Of a stretch of DNA of 64,000 nt, positions 58,559 through 64,000 are shown piece after piece. Location: positions 65,904 to 129,903 of the forward strand of contig JBBQRF010000003.1 of NCBI GenBank assembly GCA_038215155.1, written 5' to 3'. The DNA comes from Minisyncoccia bacterium (GTDB lineage Bacteria; Patescibacteriota; Minisyncoccia; Phycocordibacterales; CAJBRS01). A model generated the notes under the pieces. It ran no database searches. It was not told where the DNA came from and was given only the letters and a program-made list of their open reading frames with translations. The stretch's first letter is position 1; each line of letters begins with the position of its first letter. The position numbers and the translations under genes were made by a program.

Positions 58559-59602
58559 ATGTCCGAGACCGTACTCTATCGAAAATATCGACCTAAAAGC
58601 TTCAAAGAAGTCATTGGCCAGAGCGAAGTAGTAGAAGTGCTAGAAGGTTCCATTAAGCAAGGCAACCTCGCTCACGCTTATTTATTTAGCGGTTCGCGCG
58701 GAACAGGCAAAACTAGTGTCGCTCGTATTTTTGCCGCTGCCATAGGTACTAGCGGCAACGATCTATATGAAATAGATGCTGCTTCTCGAAATAGTGTAGA
58801 AGAAATTCGGGCACTCAATGAATCGGTAAATACTTTGCCATATGAATCTAAATATAAGGTCTATATTCTGGACGAAGTCCACATGCTTTCAAAAGCCGCC
58901 TTTAACGCTTTTTTAAAAACCCTAGAAGAACCACCTGCTCATGTAATTTTTATATTAGCTACGACGGAAGCAGAGAAGCTCCCCGAGACAGTAGTCTCTA
59001 GAACTCAGCAATTCACTTTTAGAAAACCGTCCCAGCAGATTTTGAAAGAGGTAATAGAGAAGACCGCAAAAAGTGAAGGATACAAAATTGAGACTGGTGG
59101 CTCAGATCTCATCGCTATCCTAGGTGACGGTTCTTTTCGTGATTCTCTAGGCATTTTGCAAAAAATTATCGGCTCAACAGACAATAAAGAAATTACCTTA
59201 GCAGAAATTGAAAAAGCTACTGGTGCTCCGCGAGCGGAAATAGTCAATAGTTTCGTCAAGGCCATTGCTGAAAAAAAATTAGAGGATGGCTTGGCCGCCG
59301 TTAAAAAGGCGGCCAAGCAAAACATTGATATGAAGCTCTTCATGAAGCTAATCCTCGAAAGAATGCGCCAGATTCTCCTCTTGCGTTATCAAAAAGATTT
59401 GCGCGGAGAGCTCGCCAATGAGCTCTCCGCGCCCGATCTCGCCTTCGTAGAAAAATTATCCGCAGACCCAGCCCACACCATCTCTTCCGCCACTCTTTCC
59501 GAAATGCTCGGTATCTACGACCAAATCGGCCGTTCCTACATTCCCGAGCTTCCCCTCGAACTTGCCTTAATTAAAATTTTAGGACAAGATAAAGTCAATT
59601 AA
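58559..59602 (+). CDS. dnaX: DNA polymerase III subunit gamma/tau (short)
   Basis: start moved to MSETVLYRKYRPKSFKEV; P-loop GSRGTGKTS; clamp-loader boxes. Confidence 0.8.
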   Translation: MSETVLYRKYRPKSFKEVIGQSEVVEVLEGSIKQGNLAHAYLFSGSRGTGKTSVARIFAAAIGTSGNDLYEIDAASRNSVEEIRALNESVNTLPYESKYKVYILDEVHMLSKAAFNAFLKTLEEPPAHVIFILATTEAEKLPETVVSRTQQFTFRKPSQQILKEVIEKTAKSEGYKIETGGSDLIAILGDGSFRDSLGILQKIIGSTDNKEITLAEIEKATGAPRAEIVNSFVKAIAEKKLEDGLAAVKKAAKQNIDMKLFMKLILERMRQILLLRYQKDLRGELANELSAPDLAFVEKLSADPAHTISSATLSEMLGIYDQIGRSYIPELPLELALIKILGQDKVN

Positions 59603-59619
59603 TCAATTAATTCAAAACT

Positions 59620-60063
59620 ATGTCACATACACCAGAAAGAGACGAAACTTTTAATAATCTAGGCCAAAATAGTGACCGAGATCCCTTATTCAAGGAAAGG
59701 CACGATCTTATTTCAGACAAAGACGGTTTTCAATCTAACTTAACCCCAGACGAAGGAATGATGGCTAAGGAGGATGCCGAATTAAGGGCTAAGATTCTTA
59801 AACTACAGCAGGAAATCGGCGCTTTAGGGGCAGATGATTTAATGCGCCAAATGAAAGAAGGGAAAATTCAACAAATGTTTGAAGAGATGGGTGTTAATGA
59901 ATCAACTTTTCTATTAGAGGAGATCAACCGCCTTCAGGCAGAAATTTATCCTCTAGATTTAAAAGATGAGATGAGAAAGATGAAAGAGCAAAAAATTTCC
60001 GCCTTTAAAGACCGGCTAGAGGAAATAAATAAAAATTCTGACCAAGAAAAATTAGCAGCATAA
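59620..60063 (+). CDS. hypothetical acidic coiled-coil protein
   Basis: ORF only; no similarity to YbaB, which usually follows dnaX. Confidence 0.35.
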   Translation: MSHTPERDETFNNLGQNSDRDPLFKERHDLISDKDGFQSNLTPDEGMMAKEDAELRAKILKLQQEIGALGADDLMRQMKEGKIQQMFEEMGVNESTFLLEEINRLQAEIYPLDLKDEMRKMKEQKISAFKDRLEEINKNSDQEKLAA

Positions 60064-60080
60064 ATTTGCAGCGTAATATT

Positions 60081-60180
60081 TGCGGGATCGTCTAATGGTA
60101 GGCTCCCTGTTTACACACGACGCATTGCGAGTGTTCCAGTAAACAGCAGTGCCGATGACTCATTCATCGGCAGTCCGCAA
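60081..60180 (+). pseudogene. tRNA-Gln 5' fragment (22 nt identical) fused to a 100-nt hairpin-rich pseudo-tRNA-like segment
   Basis: TGCGGGATCGTCTAATGGTAGG is identical to the start of tRNA-Gln at 60232; then hairpins ctgtttac..gtaaacag and gccgatga ctcat tcatcggc, ending gTCCGCA (acceptor-complement-like). Confidence 0.5.
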
Positions 60181-60231
60181 CAGGGTCGGTATAATGTTAA
60201 TGGGTTAAGAGAATGTAATAATTTAATATAT

Positions 60232-60302
60232 TGCGGGATCGTCTAATGGTAGGACAACGGATTTTGGATCCGTTTATCTAGGTTCGAATCCTAGTCCCGC
60301 AG
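60232..60302 (+). tRNA. tRNA-Gln (anticodon TTG), U1:A72
   Basis: TGCGGGATCGTCTAATGGTAGGACAACGGATTTTGGATCCGTTTATCTAGGTTCGAATCCTAGTCCCGCAG. Confidence 0.85.
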
Positions 60303-60453
60303 CCGCCAATTTTTAAGAAGAGAATCGACTATAAAAATTGAGCGCGTCGCCGCTCCTCATGAGGCGACGTAGACTATTTTTTAACGAAGGAGGAAACGAC
60401 TGAATATAAAATTTCAGCGCGCCGACGAATCTTTGAGTTGGCATAATCAAACT

Positions 60454-61185
60454 CTACAGCCCTAAATCTCCTAAAAAATCCTCCAGCTCCTTTCCTTCAA
60501 TAGCTCGATATGAGCCGACAGGCAATTTCCCAAGATCAATATTCATTATTTTGACCCGTTGCAGATCAACCACTTCGTTATGAAAGGTGCTGACCATTCT
60601 GCGTATCTGGCGATTCTTGCCTTCAGAAAGAATAATGGAAAAAAAATGGTCATTAAGAATTTTCACCTGGCATGGTTTAGTGAGATAGCTGTCTATATTC
60701 ACACCCTTTTCCATGTTTTCTTTAAAGCTCGGGTGTAATTTGCTAACAGTCCGGACTAAGTATTCTTTTTCATGCTGGCGATCTGGATTAAGCAGTCTGT
60801 CCGTGATACGGCCGTCGTTGCTGAGAATAATCAGGCCGTGAGAATCTTTATCCAGACGGCCGATAGGAAAAACTCCCTTTATAGAAATGGAATGCTTAAT
60901 ATCTTTTTCACCCCGGCCGGGCGAATGAGTGATAATGCCTTTTGGTTTATTGTAAGCAAAGTAGAGAAGTTTCTTGATCCTTCCTCTAGTTTGGACGGTG
61001 ACCTCGTCTGTTTCATTAACTTTATCTCCCAATACGGCAAATCTACCATTAATAAATACTTTCTTTTTAATGATTAGCTCGTCTGCTCCGCGGCGGGTCG
61101 AATGGCCATTTAGAGCTAAAAACTTATTTATCCGCATCGGGAATATAGGCTTTTCCATCTTTTCCATAGAAATAAATCTTGGCAT
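60454..61185 (-). CDS. rRNA pseudouridine synthase (RsuA/RluB family) with S4 domain
   Basis: S4 N-terminus MRINKFLALNGHSTRRGADELI and catalytic IGRLDKDSHGLIILSNDG. Confidence 0.75.
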   Translation of the reverse strand: MPRFISMEKMEKPIFPMRINKFLALNGHSTRRGADELIIKKKVFINGRFAVLGDKVNETDEVTVQTRGRIKKLLYFAYNKPKGIITHSPGRGEKDIKHSISIKGVFPIGRLDKDSHGLIILSNDGRITDRLLNPDRQHEKEYLVRTVSKLHPSFKENMEKGVNIDSYLTKPCQVKILNDHFFSIILSEGKNRQIRRMVSTFHNEVVDLQRVKIMNIDLGKLPVGSYRAIEGKELEDFLGDLGL

Positions 61186-61493
61186 GAAAATGAGGATATG
61201 CCTAGCTGGTCTAACAAAAGCTAGGTTATTTTAATATTGGCTTTGTTAAAAAATTTAAGGTAATACTGCCACTCGAATCATTGAAAAGAGAACGAGCACT
61301 CTCGGGTATTCTGCTCGCGAGAAAAGGTTATCGTTTGTCGGTCCAACCGGTCTCGGAAGCCCATTTTAATTACATTGTTAATGATCTCGCCTCTTAATTT
61401 ATTGCCTCTGGCCGTCAATTTCTGGCGACGAATGATTAGATATATTGTTTACTTAACTTTACTATTGAATACCAGGGTGCTATATTCCTTGAT

Positions 61494-62612
61494 ATGAAAA
61501 AATATCAAAAAGGCTTCATTGTTCCATTATTATTAGTAATTATTGCTCTTTTAGTTGTCGGTGGAGGCACTTATGTATATCTCAATAATTACCATAAAAA
61601 AGCTCCTGTTATTTCGGACAATGGCATTAACGAGCCCGTTCCCGCTCTTAATAATTATAATGTTTCTTCTACTAGCAGTTCTTCCAATAATACTACTACT
61701 ACTAATTCCACTGACTCTTGGAGCAAAATTCTTAGTAATCTCTCCTACGGTTTCCCAAATCAACCTCTAATCCAATTAATAAACGGCTCGTATTCCAAAA
61801 GAGTGGAAGACTGTGGGACACAAAGCTGTAACGGTGTCTATTCATATTTTCATACTAGACTAGACACAAACAGTATAGAAACTGGAGACTTGAATGGAGA
61901 TGGGGTAACTGATGCAGCGGCAATTATAGAGACTGGAAGTACTCCAAGCTCAAGGGATAAAAATCTTAAAGACGAAAATGTCCAATATAATTCTCAAGGA
62001 GTTGTGGCTGTAATAAATCAGAACGGTAACTATAAAAATGTTGCAGATATAGGGCTCAGCTATGACCTAAATGCAATGAACGTAAGAATAACAAAATTAG
62101 AAATAAAAAACGGTTTAATATATGTCGGTGTTATTAAGAATGAAGGTTCTAAGAGACTAATTCAGCCTGAAACAACAGAAACAATAGCCCTTAAACTAGA
62201 CTCGACAACAACTAATGGCTTTAGAATACTAAAAGATGGAGTTCCTGATGCAAATACTTATACTCCGTCACAAATTACTAGCGTCCAAATATCTAATGAC
62301 AATAACAAAAAAATAACTATAGTGGGAAACGACTTTTCCTTATTTAAGAATTACATCATCCTAACTTCTCAAAATGGAAATCAAGAATATAAGTCAGCTG
62401 CCGTAGAGACTAGTCGAGGTAATACTCGAATTAATATCGATCTTTCCTCAGCTAATTTTTATAGCCTAGGGGGGAATACCGACGTCCCTCCTTATGACAT
62501 TCGGTATATTCCTTCTGGAAAATATAGTTTAGTTGTTGATACTTATCTATGTCCAGCAAGACAATCTTGTCGGGATGTTAAAAGCAATTCTTATTCTGTT
62601 GATATTCCATAA
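61494..62612 (+). CDS. hypothetical secreted/anchored protein with Ser/Thr-rich linker
   Basis: signal anchor; SSTSSSSNNTTTTNST linker; DLNGDGVTDAA FG-GAP-like segment. Confidence 0.4.
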   Translation: MKKYQKGFIVPLLLVIIALLVVGGGTYVYLNNYHKKAPVISDNGINEPVPALNNYNVSSTSSSSNNTTTTNSTDSWSKILSNLSYGFPNQPLIQLINGSYSKRVEDCGTQSCNGVYSYFHTRLDTNSIETGDLNGDGVTDAAAIIETGSTPSSRDKNLKDENVQYNSQGVVAVINQNGNYKNVADIGLSYDLNAMNVRITKLEIKNGLIYVGVIKNEGSKRLIQPETTETIALKLDSTTTNGFRILKDGVPDANTYTPSQITSVQISNDNNKKITIVGNDFSLFKNYIILTSQNGNQEYKSAAVETSRGNTRINIDLSSANFYSLGGNTDVPPYDIRYIPSGKYSLVVDTYLCPARQSCRDVKSNSYSVDIP

Positions 62613-62658
62613 AGATTAAAGGTGTCAGGAACTTTTAATTAACACATATATACAAAAC

Positions 62659-63153
62659 ATGACTACTAAAAAAATCGTGCTAGCAGGAGGATGCTTTTGG
62701 GGACTGGAGGATTTGATTCGAACCCAGATTGGAGTAATCAATACGGAGGTCGGATACACCGGCGGAAGTGTTGATAATCCGACCTATGAAAATCATACTG
62801 ATCATGCAGAAGCGGTGGAGATTGAATACGACCCGGAGCAAACTTCATATAAAAAACTTTTAGATTTCTTTTTTCAAATTCATAATCCAACCACACTAAA
62901 CCAGCAGGGAAATGATCGCGGCACTTCGTACCGCTCTGCTATTTTCTATGGGAATGAGGAGGAGAAAAAAGAAGGTGAAGATTTTATCAAGATCGTCAAT
63001 GATTCAAAACGATGGAAGAATACTGTTGTAACCACACAAGAGCCGTTGACTAAATTTTACGTCGCCGAAGATTATCATCAGGACTATCTCAAAAAGCATC
63101 CCGGCGGTTACACTTGCCACGCAATATATTTCGATAGTTATCTGAAGAATTAA
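62659..63153 (+). CDS. msrA: peptide-methionine (S)-S-oxide reductase
   Basis: active site [15 protein letters not shown] motif. Confidence 0.85.
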   Translation: MTTKKIVLAGGCFWGLEDLIRTQIGVINTEVGYTGGSVDNPTYENHTDHAEAVEIEYDPEQTSYKKLLDFFFQIHNPTTLNQQGNDRGTSYRSAIFYGNEEEKKEGEDFIKIVNDSKRWKNTVVTTQEPLTKFYVAEDYHQDYLKKHPGGYTCHAIYFDSYLKN

Positions 63154-64000
63154 TTTTCTGGTAAAGAAGCTGCGGACGTACCGGCTACGAATCCTGTAGT
63201 CCAACAAAGTTGGAGACTGTAGCCGCCCGAAGGGCGGTCGATATTTAGCATGTCGCCGACAATGTAAAGATTGGGAAAGAGGCGGGAACGCATGGTCTTA
63301 AAGTCTATTTCTTGAAGGGAAACTCCGCCCGAAGTAACAATGGCTTTCTCTAATCCTAATAATCCTTTTACCTTCATTGGTAGATGTTTGACCAATTTTA
63401 CTAAGGCCAGTCGTTCTTCTCGGGTAATGCTATTGCATGCTGTTTCTCTGTTTATTCCGGATAATTCTAAGATGGCGGTTCCTAGAGCCGAACCGCCGGT
63501 GACTCCTTTGAAAAGCTCTCCAACGACATTCTTAATTTTTTTATTGCTATGTTCTTTGAATATTTCTTGAAGCCTGGTGTTAAGCTGGCCGTAATCAAGC
63601 GTGGGGATAGTGTCGAGCTCGATCATCACTTCTCCATATTTTAAAAGCTCCCCGATGTCGCGGCTCATATTTAGGATGGTTGGGCCGCTTACACCGACAT
63701 GAGTAAATAATATTTTACCTTTCTTTGAGTCCTGCTTCACCTCGTTTTGCAAAATGCTTATTTTAATGTTTTGTAAACTTACACCGGCAAGCTTATGTAC
63801 CCACGCATCTCGAATGGCAAGCGGCACAAGAGCAGAATGAGAGTCGATGACGGTGTGACCGATTTCCTTCAACCATTTGAAGCCGTCGCCAGTAGAGCCA
63901 GTCTCGGGTCTGGATTTTCCACCGGTAGCTAGAATGAATGACTTAGCACGAATCTCTTTTTTATTTTTCAGTTTAATTGCCATTATCTTATCTTTATCGG
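63150..64000 (-). CDS. NAD(P)/FAD-dependent oxidoreductase, HI0933 family (N-terminus beyond window)
   Basis: C-terminal two thirds of an HI0933-like flavoprotein; open frame continues past position 64000 upstream of the listed Met. Confidence 0.6.
   Translation of the reverse strand, partial: DKDKIMAIKLKNKKEIRAKSFILATGGKSRPETGSTGDGFKWLKEIGHTVIDSHSALVPLAIRDAWVHKLAGVSLQNIKISILQNEVKQDSKKGKILFTHVGVSGPTILNMSRDIGELLKYGEVMIELDTIPTLDYGQLNTRLQEIFKEHSNKKIKNVVGELFKGVTGGSALGTAILELSGINRETACNSITREERLALVKLVKHLPMKVKGLLGLEKAIVTSGGVSLQEIDFKTMRSRLFPNLYIVGDMLNIDRPSGGYSLQLCWTTGFVAGTSAASLPEN

Noticed and set aside
1-64000. CRISPR arrays, transposases/IS elements, rRNA genes, prophage
   Set aside because: No regular direct-repeat/spacer array. 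The only tandem repeat is 9 bp x4. No transposase, integrase or capsid/terminase-like ORFs. No 16S/23S/5S signatures.

Overview
This 64 kb window is low-GC (about 40%), gene-dense bacterial chromosome with Candidate Phyla Radiation / Patescibacteria hallmarks: short valS, infB and dnaX, type IV pilin, and TrbC/VirB2-like pilin arrays. The protein genes are mostly housekeeping. They cover replication and DNA metabolism (nrdA, nrdB, gyrA, topA, dnaX, dprA, parB), cell division (ftsZ, ftsA, FtsQ-like, FtsB-like, murJ), and translation and chaperones (lepA, infB, rbfA, valS, serS, HisRS-like, pth, rpsA, rpsU, rpmG, miaA, tsaD, dus, rluB-like, clpB, Hsp20). I read 14 intact tRNA genes, an RNase P RNA lying antisense just downstream of nrdB, and a probable SRP RNA (ffs) upstream of dnaX. 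The structure that is not explained by ordinary annotation is: (1) four copies of a roughly 100-nt palindromic intergenic element whose 28-nt central loop is conserved while the stems differ; (2) a tandem operon of six paralogous TrbC/VirB2-like pilin genes with a gene-conversion tract, followed by a higher-GC SPFH/NfeD-like gene pair next to a four-tRNA island; (3) a LAGLIDADG homing endonuclease wedged between tRNA-Leu(CAA) and miaA; (4) a promoter-driven, GC-rich, roughly 330-nt structured RNA between tsaD and valS; (5) exact 5' fragments of tRNA-Val and tRNA-Gln duplicated upstream of the intact genes; (6) a duplicated topA C-terminal tail in a hairpin-rich parB-topA spacer. No CRISPR array, transposase or rRNA was seen.
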